Below, piece by piece: positions 10,912 through 22,727 of a DNA stretch of 64,000 nt. The DNA comes from Schizochytrium sp. TIO01 (Eukaryota > Protista > Bigyra: Labyrinthulomycetes). How positions within the stretch are numbered: the first letter of the stretch is position 1; the number at the start of each line of letters is the position of its first letter. The notes beneath the pieces are model-generated. The model did not search any database, was not told the DNA's origin, and saw only the letters and a list, made by a program, of their open reading frames with translations. The position numbers and the translations under genes are program-made. The stretch spans positions 2,108,001-2,172,000 of the forward strand of contig SMSO01000034.1 in the NCBI GenBank assembly GCA_004764695.1, read 5' to 3'.

Positions 10912-12314
10912 ATGGGCGTAAACATAGTTATCACATAGCCATTGTGCTGTTTTCTGTGTTTGCTAACTTTTGTTTCGTACATCATGTGCATCTATGTACT
11001 GATTGGGCGTATATTTCTTCCTTCAAGACAAAATTTCATTCTAAAACTTCTCTGGAATTCAATTCGCTGTTTCTGATGATACGATACATTAAAAATCTAT
11101 CCCACCCCGGCAATTTTCTACGTACTATGTACACCAACTTTAGTTCAACCAACCAAGGCAATTTTCTCTGTTTTCGATTCTCTTCTCTATACATATCCTA
11201 TCTCGTCTGTATCTGTGTTCTGAAACAAAATCTAGAGCTACCGTAGCAGGAATTTCCTTCTCAAATGCTTTTTTATGAAGGTGTAAGCCCCAGGGTCTGA
11301 AGTTTAGAGAGCTCCAGATCAGCCGCAGCAAAGACTGTATAGGAGACAACATCCTAAGAATTATGCAGTACCTTTATGAATTCGACATTTTGACGCCAAC
11401 AGATGTCGTGGTGTACTCCTTTTCTCTGTCTAATTGCGCCAATCAGGGTGGAGATGTTGGCCAGCATATCTTAATGTCATTTACGTTGAACAACAAAACA
11501 AAATGTTTGTAATGAATGGCTGGGATCGATACCTACCCTTCCTCCAAAGTGTGTATTTTCCCACCACGCGAATTTAAACAACAGATTTTAGATCGAGTTA
11601 GAGTTGACGAAAAAATCTCGTTGACAAATCGTTTCTATCCCTTTGTGCTTCCAAAACATTTCCTAAAGAGCAGATGAATCATTCTTGGAAGACTACTAGG
11701 AAACTCTCTGACGCTGATTTTTAGATGATGCTCATACTTATTGGATGTACACGAGTAACGTTTTATTTGCATAGCCTAAATCCTCTCCAAATGATGTGGG
11801 CATAGCGAAGCTCGTGCTCTTGGACAATGGACACGAGCATCCAGGAGGAATAAACGCCATGCTGATTTTTAATAGAGCGCCTTCTTTTTGCTATGCTCTT
11901 TTCAATTGGGTGCAGATCAATCATTTAGGTTTAGTTGATGCAAAGCCATACGATTTCCAAAAGTTTGGCCTAATTGGAGTATTGCAGTTCTCCGAGTCAC
12001 ACTAAAATAGAATCGAATTCGTTTCAGTAATGTCACTTACGCTAGCTTCACACAAACTTGCCAGAAGTGCACACACTTTCTCAATTCTCTGGACATTTTA
12101 GGACATGTCCCTTTCTAATGATAGACTGTTTACATTTGCACCGCACAGCATTCGAATATACACAAACACAATAATATATGGCAAAGGGTTTTGATCGGAA
12201 GATCACAGGACTTCGAGAAGGGAACGAAGATTTCATCTGTAAAAATAAAAGCCAAATGCACGCAAAACCTTAATTCTTACGAAGTCTCTCGAGTCAACTA
12301 CAACCACACCGATC

Positions 12315-13889
12315 ATGATCCGTGCTAGTGTTATCTTCGTCATCCTGGCGCTCGCCTTCTCGGCTGTGTCGGCCTTCGAGCCCACCAAGGTTACCCTCGC
12401 CGAGCTTGAGGATGACTTTCTCTTCCAGTCCTCCGGCGCCAACAAGAATTTCATGAAGGCCCTCCGCAACGAGGGTGTGGTCCAGGTCTCTGAAATCCCT
12501 GGATTCGCTCAGACTCGTGTCGAGACTCTTGCTCTTGGCGTGCGCTGCTCTGCCGAGTCCAAGGCTGCCAATTCGGCCATTCTTAGCGATGGTACTCACC
12601 GTCGCTCTCTCGGTACTGTGCCCGGCTCTGGCTTTGACCACGGCGATGTCGTGCCTGAGTCCTGTGTCGAATTTGACCGCGCTAGCACCCAGCTTCGCAA
12701 CATGGTTGAAGAGGTGACTCTCCGCTTTGCCGAGCGCATTGCTGACAACCTCCCTGCAAGCGTCTTCCTCGAGACCGCCGAGAACGACCCTGAAGGCCGC
12801 AAGACTTACAACAACATGGACGACATTGTCCGTGACAGTCAGCAGCTCGAGCACTTTCACTCTTACAACCGCAAGAACGTGAACTCCCAAGAAACTGTCG
12901 ACCTCCACTTGGACCAGGGTCTCTTCATTGCTTTCACCCCTGCTCTCATGTTTCATGCTGAGAACGGCGAGGTCCTTGATGTCGAGGCTGGCAAGTTCTT
13001 TGTTCAGATGCCCGACTACAGCCGTGAGCAGCTCGAGTTTGCTGATGGCGGCAACGTGATTGTGTTCATGCTTGGTGATGGTATCAACCAGATTGTCAAC
13101 CCGGTCTTGGCCTACCATGGCCACCAGAAGCTTCGTGCCGCCCCGCACGCTATGCAGATGCCGGAGGAGGGCATTGCCTCTTCTGTTGATGCTTGGCGTT
13201 CTTGGTATGGCCGCATGTACTTGCCGCCTGCTCGCGCTATCAACTCGGACCACGGCAAGCCGTTCGGTGTCATGCGTGAGAACTCTATTCGCGCCAGTCT
13301 TGAGGGTGACAAGGATGGTATGGCAATTGGTTGCTCTGGTGATCTCTTTGCTCGTAATCTTGCCAGCTCTTCTTGTGCGTCAAACCAGCTCTACTGTTGG
13401 CATATGTGTCAAAACTACACTGACACTGCAAACCCGGAGTACTGTGCTTCGGAGGGTCTCAGTTTTAACTGCACTGACACCGACACTACTTCTGCTACTT
13501 ATGGTGAGATCTGGATGACTTGGACTGGTCATGGTACACAATACCAGCCCAGCTGCACCAACTCGACCACCATCATTACTGAATCTCCTACTTCATCTCC
13601 AACTACAGAGTCTGCCACTACCACTGCCCCGACTACAGAGTCTGCCACTACCGCTGCCCCGACTACAGAGTCTGCCACTACCGCTGCCCTGACTACAGAG
13701 TCTGCCACTACCGCTGCCCCGACTACAGAGTCTGCTACAACTACGGCTCCCACAACTGTGGCTGGAGCCCAAGGCACAAGCGCTCCTACTACAGAGTCTC
13801 CTTCTACTAGTGCCCCGAACAGTGCTTCTTCAGCCGCAGGTAGCCTTGGTTTAGTTGTGGTTGCTATGTTGGCCCACATGTTTCTGTAG
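12315..13889 (+). CDS. Secreted, probably GPI-anchored 2OG-Fe(II) dioxygenase-like protein (copy B, 524 aa)
   Basis: Tandem paralogue of 9508..10911, nearly identical over the first ~345 codons. Longer mucin-like stalk; hydrophobic tail SLGLVVVAMLAHMFL. Confidence 0.8.
   Translation: MIRASVIFVILALAFSAVSAFEPTKVTLAELEDDFLFQSSGANKNFMKALRNEGVVQVSEIPGFAQTRVETLALGVRCSAESKAANSAILSDGTHRRSLGTVPGSGFDHGDVVPESCVEFDRASTQLRNMVEEVTLRFAERIADNLPASVFLETAENDPEGRKTYNNMDDIVRDSQQLEHFHSYNRKNVNSQETVDLHLDQGLFIAFTPALMFHAENGEVLDVEAGKFFVQMPDYSREQLEFADGGNVIVFMLGDGINQIVNPVLAYHGHQKLRAAPHAMQMPEEGIASSVDAWRSWYGRMYLPPARAINSDHGKPFGVMRENSIRASLEGDKDGMAIGCSGDLFARNLASSSCASNQLYCWHMCQNYTDTANPEYCASEGLSFNCTDTDTTSATYGEIWMTWTGHGTQYQPSCTNSTTIITESPTSSPTTESATTTAPTTESATTAAPTTESATTAALTTESATTAAPTTESATTTAPTTVAGAQGTSAPTTESPSTSAPNSASSAAGSLGLVVVAMLAHMFL
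13602..13751 (+). repeat. Coding 30-bp tandem repeat, 5 copies (last degenerate), encoding TTESATT[A/T]A[P/L]
   Basis: Unit actacagagtctgccactacc(a/g)ctgccc(c/t)g read directly. Confidence 0.95.
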
Positions 13890-15214
13890 AACTTGCAATA
13901 CAAAAACTATGACGTGCGTGGCAAAGTTTATACCATTTACAATCATCATTCGTTTCAAAGTATGCCATGTAGCTGGGCCCCTAGCTAGGATTACTATTCT
14001 TCATTCTTTGTGAGAATGAAGTCTCACTTAATGCATCTTTCTCATCTGTTTTCCCATCATTCATCTGAATGGTTAAGTATACCTCTAGTCTCCTTTACAA
14101 AAAGACAGATTACAGCATCCAGCCTACTCTGAATTACCATTTGAGCTTTGTCGACAAGTCAGAAGGGACAATTTCGTCATGCTTGCACTGTGTAAAGAAT
14201 CTTTTTGCTCTACCGTCTGTCTCGCGATGAATAACAGTATGTCAGAAATCCCCCTGCTATCCACTGCATTGGCCACAAAATAGCAGAGTACAGTTTGAAT
14301 ATAGAGTCAACCAACTGTTGGCGCGGAACAAGATTTTAAGTAATTGGTAGCTTAGATCGAAATCACTGACCTCAATATCATTGTGAAATTCCAATCACCT
14401 TCTAACATGCACAACAGGTTGCAGACATCAATCTACGACAAGAGGTACCCATTTCGTTTAGAACTTACAGTATCTTGTGACATATAAGTGGGAGATGAGG
14501 TGGGCACCATCGAAACTGCAATTTGGTGTTGCAGTCAAGAAAATAAAAGACTAGCTGATTTTTTGATTTTTCGATATTTTTTTTGTTCTTTTGTTTTTAG
14601 AGAGTTCTTGTGGTGTATTCTTTGTAAACGTTGGTTGGCTTGTACTCACTCATCAAAGGAATGGGGTATCGTTTTAGTGTTTATGAACGGGCCTCTTGCC
14701 TATTCCGGGATACAATCAGGTCTCTCTCAGCTGTGCGCAATGTCGCATGTGTGACGAGAAAGTGCCGCCTCGGACTCGGCAACACGCGCTATTGTAAATG
14801 TGATGTGAAAGGAACTAATGATAATGATAGAGAAAATGGTCCCTATGTTGGTAAAAGCATCTGTTGCTATTTCTGCCCCTTGTTGTCGGTCCTCGCATAC
14901 AAACAAAGAGAAAAAGGGTGTGCGTAGTTCGCTCCCAAGTGCTTACTAACGCACGCTAACGAGCACGCGTCAACAAAGGACCGATTGACCCAACTCTAGA
15001 GAAAGCTTAGAAGAGCAAAAGGAAGAGACGCGTGGTGGTGTGAAGAGGGGAGAATAAAAGGAAGCAAGGAAGAAAAGATTTGTGAAAGTAAGCAAGCAAG
15101 GTGAAAAGAACGAAGAGAAAAACGTGTTACGGATCTCCTCCTCCTCTGCGCATACGCCTTGCCAAATAATTCTTACATTCTCTGTGCTTTGACTAACTCG
15201 GCAAAGAGAGCCAC

Positions 15215-16846
15215 TTACTGCGGGTTCTCACGCTTGTTAAGCACAATTGAGTCATCAATACGAACAATGGTCACAGCAGCCTCGGTGGCGAAACGGAGAG
15301 ACTTCACCTTGCTAATGGCGGGCTCAACAATACCGTTGTCAAAGCAGTTGATAACCTTACCAGCGACGAGGTCGAGGCCGGAGTACTGCTGGTTCGGGTT
15401 AGCCTCAGGGTCCTGCTGGCACTGAGCATGCTTCGCACGAAGACGTGCGACAAGCTCAGTGGCATCCTGTGCAGCGTTGGTAGCAAGAGTACGCGGGATC
15501 ACGAGAAGCGCCTGGGCAAACTCAACGATGGCAAGCTGCTCACGAGTACCAAGGGTAGAGGCATAGTCCTCAAGGTGGACAGAGAGTGCTGTCTCGACAG
15601 CACCGCCACCAGCCACAAGGGTGTTAGTCTCCAAAGCACGTTTGATAATGCAAAGAGAATCATGAAGGGAGCGCTCAACCTCATCAAGAAAGTACTCGTT
15701 GGCACCACGAAGCACAATAGTCTGAGCTGCAGTCTTGACGCAGCCCTTAATGTAAATGATCTCGCCGTCTCCAAGGCGCTCCTCGGAAACCTCCTTTGCT
15801 GAACCAAGCCAAGACGGGTCAAACTCCTCCTCGCCCTCGGCATCAGCCATGGTAAGAACAAGCTCACCACCGGTGGCCTTGGCAATACGGCGCAGGTCAT
15901 CCTTAGGGACACGGCGCACGGCAATAGCGCCCGCTTCAACAAAGTACTTGAGGCAGACATCATCAATACCCTTGGAACAGAGAACCACGTTAGCACCTGA
16001 CTTAAGGATGGTCTGAATCTTCTCCTTGGTAATATCAAGCTCACGCTGTTGGAGAGCCTCAAGCTCACGCGGATCCTTAACGAGGACCTGGACGCCAAGC
16101 TTGAGCTTGTGACGGGCAAGATTAAAGTCGAGAAGAGCGATCTTGGCGTTTTCAATTGAGGTGGGCATACCCTGAGCAGCACGAGTGCAGTTGATGGCAT
16201 AACCGTCCACAAGAACACTCTCGCGGCTGCTACGTCCGTGGGCCTTAATGATGTTAACAGCCTTGAGCGGGTAACGAACAGATCCGTCAGGGCGCTCGGT
16301 ACGCACGTTCTGAATAGCAGACACAGCGATCTCGGCGAAGTGGTTGCTCTCGGGGCCAATAACCTTGGAGTTCATTGAGGTCTTGGCGGCCATAATGAGG
16401 TTAGAGTGCTCAAGCTTGCTCATAGGGATCGTGAGGTTCTTCTTAATGTAGCGCACGGCCTCCTTGAGAGCAAGGCGGTATCCTGAGATGATGGAGGTGG
16501 GATGGATGCGTTGCTTAACGAGCTCGTTGGCACGCTTGAGGAGCTCGGCCGCGAGGATCACGACAGAGGTGGTACCATCTCCAACTTCCTGGTCCTGAAG
16601 ATCGGCAAGCTCGCAAAGGACCTTTCCGGCAGGGTGCTCCACATCAAGGAGCTTAAGAATAGTAGCTCCATCGTTGGTGATGGTCACATCACCAACGTTG
16701 TCAACAAGCATCTTGTCAAGACCAACAGGTCCCAAAGAGGACTTGACAATGTTGGCAATCGAAACAGCTGCCATCATGTTCTGCGTGCGCACATCCTGGC
16801 CAGTAGACCGAGTGCCGTCAATCGCGAGCATTCCACCTTCAGACAT
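15215..16846 (-). CDS. CCT1: T-complex protein 1 subunit alpha (CCT-alpha)
   Basis: Chaperonin signatures SSLGPVGLDKMLVD, TITNDGATIL and EVGDGTTSVV; alpha-specific GQDVRTQN. The first in-frame ATG is at 16846 (MSEGGMLAIDG); the track start at 16921 is not an ATG. Confidence 0.97.
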   Translation of the reverse strand: MSEGGMLAIDGTRSTGQDVRTQNMMAAVSIANIVKSSLGPVGLDKMLVDNVGDVTITNDGATILKLLDVEHPAGKVLCELADLQDQEVGDGTTSVVILAAELLKRANELVKQRIHPTSIISGYRLALKEAVRYIKKNLTIPMSKLEHSNLIMAAKTSMNSKVIGPESNHFAEIAVSAIQNVRTERPDGSVRYPLKAVNIIKAHGRSSRESVLVDGYAINCTRAAQGMPTSIENAKIALLDFNLARHKLKLGVQVLVKDPRELEALQQRELDITKEKIQTILKSGANVVLCSKGIDDVCLKYFVEAGAIAVRRVPKDDLRRIAKATGGELVLTMADAEGEEEFDPSWLGSAKEVSEERLGDGEIIYIKGCVKTAAQTIVLRGANEYFLDEVERSLHDSLCIIKRALETNTLVAGGGAVETALSVHLEDYASTLGTREQLAIVEFAQALLVIPRTLATNAAQDATELVARLRAKHAQCQQDPEANPNQQYSGLDLVAGKVINCFDNGIVEPAISKVKSLRFATEAAVTIVRIDDSIVLNKRENPQ

Positions 16847-19500
16847 CTTTGCGTTGTAGTTTTTGTTGTGCTTTTGATATCTTTCGCTAACGAGCCCAAA
16901 GAAATTTAACCGACGGTGCAATCACCAGAAAACGCGACGCTCCCTCGTTCTCAAGTTATGAGCTTGATGCTTAGACCCGATCTCTTTCCACGTCGACGTT
17001 TCCAACGTCCACGCAAGTTTACCGGCTCGAAGATGTTTTGCTCTGGGAGGAGGAAAGCTTTGTTTTCGCTCGATTCGTTGACCTTCTCGAAAGGCGGCCA
17101 ACCAGGCGATGCCGATCCCGACCTTTTCCCCAGCAAGCTGCCGGCGGTGCGAGGGAGGGCGTGGGTAAGAGGTGCGCGGAGGGGGCTCCGGGCGGGGTAG
17201 TCCTGCGCGAGGAGGCGGACTTGAGCAGAAGTTGCGGCACTGGTCGTGGCCGAGCTAGCTTGCCGTGCCCTCTTGCCGACGTTGGACGTTGGTGGTTCCG
17301 CCTTAATCCCCATATTAGCCCTCCACATAAACTCCGGCGCCCTTAAGGTGACCAGTATAGACCTTTCCCGGAAAATTTGAGATACTTTTAATTCTCAAAG
17401 CATATTACGCAGAGATGAACCGCTCTGATAAGAAGGCAGAGCTTCCCAGAATACCCCTCCAGCTGTTGTTCGCGAGGAGGCCCAAAATGACTTAAATGAC
17501 GGTGCGCGGACTTGGGAAATGGAGAAGCAAGCAGACGGGAACTCTTGCGCGTGGAGACGACGGGGGTCCGCGAGGAGAGGGGAGGCACCTTGAGGAGGGG
17601 AAGAGGCCTGCTTCGGCCAGGTTTACCATGGCTTTCCCTGCGCCAGAGCAGTTCTGCCGCCGCGTGCAACTGCCGCTGCTGCGAATGGTCTCTTTCCTGT
17701 CATATCGTCGTTTTATATATAAGAAAACGAGGCAAGTTTCGGAAAAGAACGCATCGGGATTAGTATGGGGAATCGACAACTGTGCGCTAATATGGTGGCA
17801 CATATTTAGCTTGTAGTAAAGTGTTCTTTGCAGGCCAGTCTTCGAAAGAGAAGGATCAAAAGAAATGGAACGGGGAGGAGACGGTATTTTACTTCTAAAG
17901 GGCATTCATTACAAACGTACGTTGTGGGAGTACAATGATACGCGCGAATGAAGTTGAACATGCAGATTAGGATCGTGCAGAACGACGCCTTGGTGCCTGG
18001 AATATGGTGTGGTCATGGCCTTAATTTGCCAGGCCCTGTCCATAGGCAGGTGCATCCCCGAGAATGAAGCATTGGGTGAGGAGTGTCATTTATTTCCATT
18101 GACTGTTGAGAAAGAACAATATGGAGAGCCTGCTGGTCGCACGTTAGACGTTGTGGTGTGAGAACACTTCTTTTGCACATATCATGGCAATGTTGGCGAT
18201 TGTGTCATTTTGTCTCAAGTGAACTACAAACGTCTCGAAGGCCTCTGAATGTGAGAGAGAGAGAGGAGAGATAAATATAAATAGACATAGATGTATTGTT
18301 CTTTAGAACTTATAGAGTCACGATCAACGTAACATAAGCGCCTTGCTCACCGGCATTTTCAAGACAATCGTTTCTCGAAGAAAGTAAATACTAGTCTTTA
18401 AATGGAAGTTCTGTCTGGTTAAGAATTCTGTTGGTAGAGGTGATTAAACCATTCACACAAGAAGCGAGGAAGGAATAGGTGACCACTGGTACCAAACGCA
18501 TTTTCAAGATGAAGACCTTGCAAGCAATAAGAACAAAAGATAGTGAAAATACCTTCAAGGACTTTTCGCAAGGGTTTTCTATCTGTCACGACGCAGCACC
18601 CCACTGAGCTCATGTACCGTCTTAATCAAAAGTATTCTACAAACTATCAAGTATACATGTTTATGGTACTTTGAATTGATCATCAGATGAAGATAAGGAG
18701 TGATGTAGTAACCTTTACTTCAAATAAATATATTTAATCGTTCGGCCCCATTATTTCAAGTTAAAACATGTGTGTCACCGACACGCACAATTGTATTAGG
18801 TAGTAGGAAATACAAAGCATCTGTGATCAGATCAAAGTTGGAAGACAGACTATCGATGGTTCAAGAGTACCAAGTAGCCAACTGCATTGAAAGAAGGTCA
18901 CGTTTCAGGTTGGTATGAGAGTAATTATTTGCGTATAAAAGTAAATATTTCTGGAAAAGGCGCATACTTCGTTTCGTTTCATCCTCTTCTTCTGCAACGC
19001 TCATTTGGTTTATAAAATATGAACAGTAAACGTTACCACAATAATGTCTGGCTGGGAAGAGTGAAAGTAGTGACCCCTTTATGTATGTATTTACAGGGTA
19101 TTCAGATCTAGTGATTTCAACATTGTCATCGTATTACCTACCTACTTTATTGGTTCACAACATTTGTTTACCTTGAGAAATATAAAGCTTCTCGACGCGC
19201 ACTTGAGAAATGGCAACGGCCAACTTTGGAGCACAAGGAGGTTCTAGCTTCTGAATTATCTCCTAAGTTCATGGAAAACTTGATCTGGATCCCATAGATG
19301 AAGAAAGCTGGCATCGATAGTTCCACACTTACTTACCTGAGCGACCTTAAGGAAAAAACAACTACTAGTACCTATGTAACATTAAAATTTTTGTAAAAGC
19401 ATTGGAATTGGGAATGCTATATTCACTTCAAGCCTCACGTGCATGACCTCAACAACTCCCGGCTTTGTCTAGCTAGAGCTTGTGCCACGGCAAGTCTGTG

Positions 19501-20949
19501 ATGGTAAGCAGACCTGGCGGATCCGCTGAAGCCTTGCGAGCAAGCGTTTCTGGTCCTGGCTCAATCGTGGAGCCCGTTGCACATGTCTTCGTGTTCGGTC
19601 GAGGTCACTGGGGGCAGCTCGGGCTGGGCTCTGACGAGAGTTTCCCAGGAAGTCCACAGCTCGTGCAAGGTCTTCTCGGCGAGGACGTGGCCTCCGTAGG
19701 TGCAGGGTATAACCACACTCTTATAGCGACCCGGTCTGGGGATTTATATGCTTGGGGTCATGGGGGATGTGGCAAACTTGGACTTGGGAAATGTACTCAT
19801 GAACCAAAACCCGTACGAGTCCCCATGTCATTCACACCTCGACAGCACTTCGCACATGTTGCGTGCGGAGATCTTCACTCCCTCGCAGTTTCCCTTCAAG
19901 GACGAGTTTTTGCATGGGGCAGCAACCTGAGAGGCCAGCTTGGGAAAACTGGAGTTTCTCATATCCTTTCGCCAACACTTGTAGAGTCCGGAGAGCTATC
20001 CAAAGCACTTGCTGTTCGCCAGGTTTATGCAGGACATTCTTACTCGGCATGTACAGATGCGACTGGAAATTTGTACATGTGGGGGTCTGGAGAGGCTGGA
20101 GAGCTTGGCTCAGGCCACTTTCAGGACAGTTCTACACCGACTCAGGTATCCTCGTTGCCTGGGCCAATTGTGACAGCAAGTGCAGGTCGTTTCCATTTTG
20201 TCTGCGTCGTTGCATGCAAACCGAGTCCTCGGACTGCGTCCTCATCTACCAACAAAATGTCAGAGCAAGTATATACGTGGGGTTGTGGTACCGGAGGGCA
20301 GCTTGGTCATGGTGACCTTGCTTCGGTGTGTGCTCCGAAGTGTGTGGACTTTTTCCAAGATCTGCAGCCATCACACGTAGCTGCAGGCGCACAGCATACT
20401 TTGATAGCAGCTTCTCAAATGCCAGGTATTTATTCTTCAAGCTCTTCTGCGGCCACGGCAGTATACGTCATGGGCACGGTGTTCGAGGATATTGACTCAA
20501 GCGATCAGCAGCGCAAACAATGTACTACTGTCCCACTTGAAGTTGAGGCTACACGTGGATTGAGAATTCAACATTTGGCAAGTGCTGCCTTTAGAGTGGT
20601 TCTTTCTTCTGACGATGGTCGTGTTGTGTGGTGGGGTATGCCATCTAGCCGTACACAGCCTACAACGATTGCTCGTTTGCACTGTCAGCGCGTTGTGGGA
20701 ATTTACGCAGGTGGCGGTGATCATGTGTGTTTTCGTATTGATGAGGCGTGGCTTCAACATGCAGAGGTTACTCGTTGTATGGAATGTCAGCAAGAATTTA
20801 GTATGGCACAATTTAAGCATGCCTGCGTTCGTTGTGCAAAGGTGGTGCACAGCAGTTGTTCAAGCCATCGATGTCTCATTCCGGAAATTGCAACTCGGCC
20901 GGTGCGCGTTTGCGATTCTTGTTTTCGATCACTCCAAGAAGGCCGTTAA
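19501..20949 (+). CDS. RCC1-repeat protein with C-terminal FYVE-like zinc finger
   Basis: Multiple RCC1 repeats (WGxGxxGQLG...VAxGxxHT); C-terminal W...CxxC...KHACVRC...RVCDSC. First in-frame ATG at 19501. Confidence 0.9.
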   Translation: MVSRPGGSAEALRASVSGPGSIVEPVAHVFVFGRGHWGQLGLGSDESFPGSPQLVQGLLGEDVASVGAGYNHTLIATRSGDLYAWGHGGCGKLGLGKCTHEPKPVRVPMSFTPRQHFAHVACGDLHSLAVSLQGRVFAWGSNLRGQLGKTGVSHILSPTLVESGELSKALAVRQVYAGHSYSACTDATGNLYMWGSGEAGELGSGHFQDSSTPTQVSSLPGPIVTASAGRFHFVCVVACKPSPRTASSSTNKMSEQVYTWGCGTGGQLGHGDLASVCAPKCVDFFQDLQPSHVAAGAQHTLIAASQMPGIYSSSSSAATAVYVMGTVFEDIDSSDQQRKQCTTVPLEVEATRGLRIQHLASAAFRVVLSSDDGRVVWWGMPSSRTQPTTIARLHCQRVVGIYAGGGDHVCFRIDEAWLQHAEVTRCMECQQEFSMAQFKHACVRCAKVVHSSCSSHRCLIPEIATRPVRVCDSCFRSLQEGR

Positions 20950-22727
20950 TTACTGGATCAATGTACTATGATTGTTATAGATCACAAAAGAATACAATTT
21001 TCAATTGTTTCCTCTTTTACATTCTCTGAATGGGCAAAGCTAGAAGCAGATCAAGACAAGCAAATAGCGTGATGAAAGATAAGTCCTAAATCACCTATTT
21101 GCAAAGCTAAGAAAACCAAGTGTACAAAGAAATCAAACGTATGTAGAAAGTAAGAAACTTTTTGAGAGTTGAGAAGAGAGAGAGGTTTTAAAGTCGGTTG
21201 TTTCCACCCAATGTACTTGCGTGACTCCACAGAACGTCGCGACCGCATGCTCAAGTCCGGACGCCAACGGGCTAGTATTGCCTCCGTTGAGGCACCTCGA
21301 GACACGACGCATGTGACGCCTGTGTGAATCTGCAAGACATTGTTGAAAACGAATGTGTTGTTTATTTTTTTCTTCGTTTTTGCTTGTCACGTAATATTTG
21401 ATTTTTTTTTTTTCGCTTTTCGGCCTGTTTGCTGGGCGTCCGGGCACCAGCCCCAGGCACTCCTTCTTTGTTGATAAGATGCTAGCAGGTCCCTCTTATG
21501 AGGAACACGGCAGCAGCATCAGTCCATAACATTATCCTCACATAAGGAGAGCAGACACGGCAGATTACTTAGTTTGGGCCAACCAGAGACACGAGGTCTC
21601 GCCGGACACCAGATAAAAGAAATCTAACCTGTAAGCCTGCCTCCAGGTACACAAAAGGTCAGCAACTCTGCGTTCGCCAAACCCAATTAAAGGGTTGCGA
21701 TATTACACAGAGCATGCAAGTAAAATTCCACAGCGTTGTTCTCCCCCTTCTTCCTCTCCGCAGCCCCAAAGTATCAAGGGGTTGTCGAGTCGAGGAAAAC
21801 CCGGTGGGCACCACGACGATGGCAGGTTGCGCATGGGCGTGCATGACTCATGTAGTACTTTGTCTGTGTTGTGTTTAATCGTAGTTCAAGAGCCCACCCT
21901 GTGATCGCGCTACAAGAGATGAACTCTTACATAGCTGCGTCACAAGGATAATATCTATCCGTCGCGGGAGATTCATCAAGTGCACAACTTGCAAGAAAAG
22001 CCAAAGAGGAACAGGTTTATGTTGAGCCTATGCATCTTCAAATTTTCTTCATGTTATTATTGCACTTGTTGAAACCTGTGAACGGAGTACTTACTGCCAA
22101 TGTCATTGCACGCCCCATGCGGTTTCGCCATGCACTCCGCGGAGCATCCGCCCGAAGTCTTCGTTTGTCCCAGAAGCACACGCACCCCACGCGTATCGAG
22201 AACTCACCCGGCTTCCCTGAAAATCCGTTCATCGCAACAACCAACATTATCAAATTTAGGCTGTTTGCAATGAACACGATAGTTTAGAGAAGCCAGGCAA
22301 GGAATAAGTAAAAAAGTAAAGGAAACGGTCGAGCAAGAGGCCTGGGATCAGTTCACTGGCTCGATGGCCAAATAAAGCAATCTTGCATCTCTGTTGAATT
22401 CTGTTCAAACAATCTCTGCTTCTTAAGGGAGGCACGGGCCGATCCTTTTTGATGAAGCGAATCTTCCTGCCGCCCCTCGCTTTTATACCAGATCGTGCAG
22501 ATGCATACTTTAAGCGCACCTGCATCGATTGATGTGCGATGGACCACAATAAAGAGAATTCTGCAGAGGTCAACGAATGGGTACGAAAAAGCATTGAGAC
22601 ATTACGCGCGCACACATCCATAGATCTCTTGGTCAAGAAGTTGTTCGAATTAGCCAACAGGAGCCAAAAAGGCACAATCGAGACTCACCAGAGCCAGCCA
22701 ACTGAGTTAAGCCACAGGCAATCACGC

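Noticed and set aside
9391-13253. 444-aa and 319-aa antisense ORFs over the oxygenase-like genes
   Set aside because: Shadow ORFs explained by sense-strand codon bias.
7341-13751. 15-bp and 30-bp tandem repeats as CRISPR-like arrays
   Set aside because: No spacers, in-frame coding repeats, eukaryotic context and no cas genes.
15499-16909. Alternative-frame and antisense ORFs within CCT1
   Set aside because: Fully overlap a conserved gene; no recognisable protein features.
16916-17905. GC-rich short ORFs upstream of CCT1 (and similarly 56099..57720)
   Set aside because: Mostly non-ATG starts, mutually overlapping, no codon bias or domains; consistent with promoter/5' UTR DNA.
19330-19339. 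TACTTACCTG resembling the U1 snRNA 5' end (also CTTACCTGG at ~28555)
   Set aside because: No U1 stem-loop I/II motifs or Sm site follow. More likely minus-strand splice-donor-like sequences or chance.
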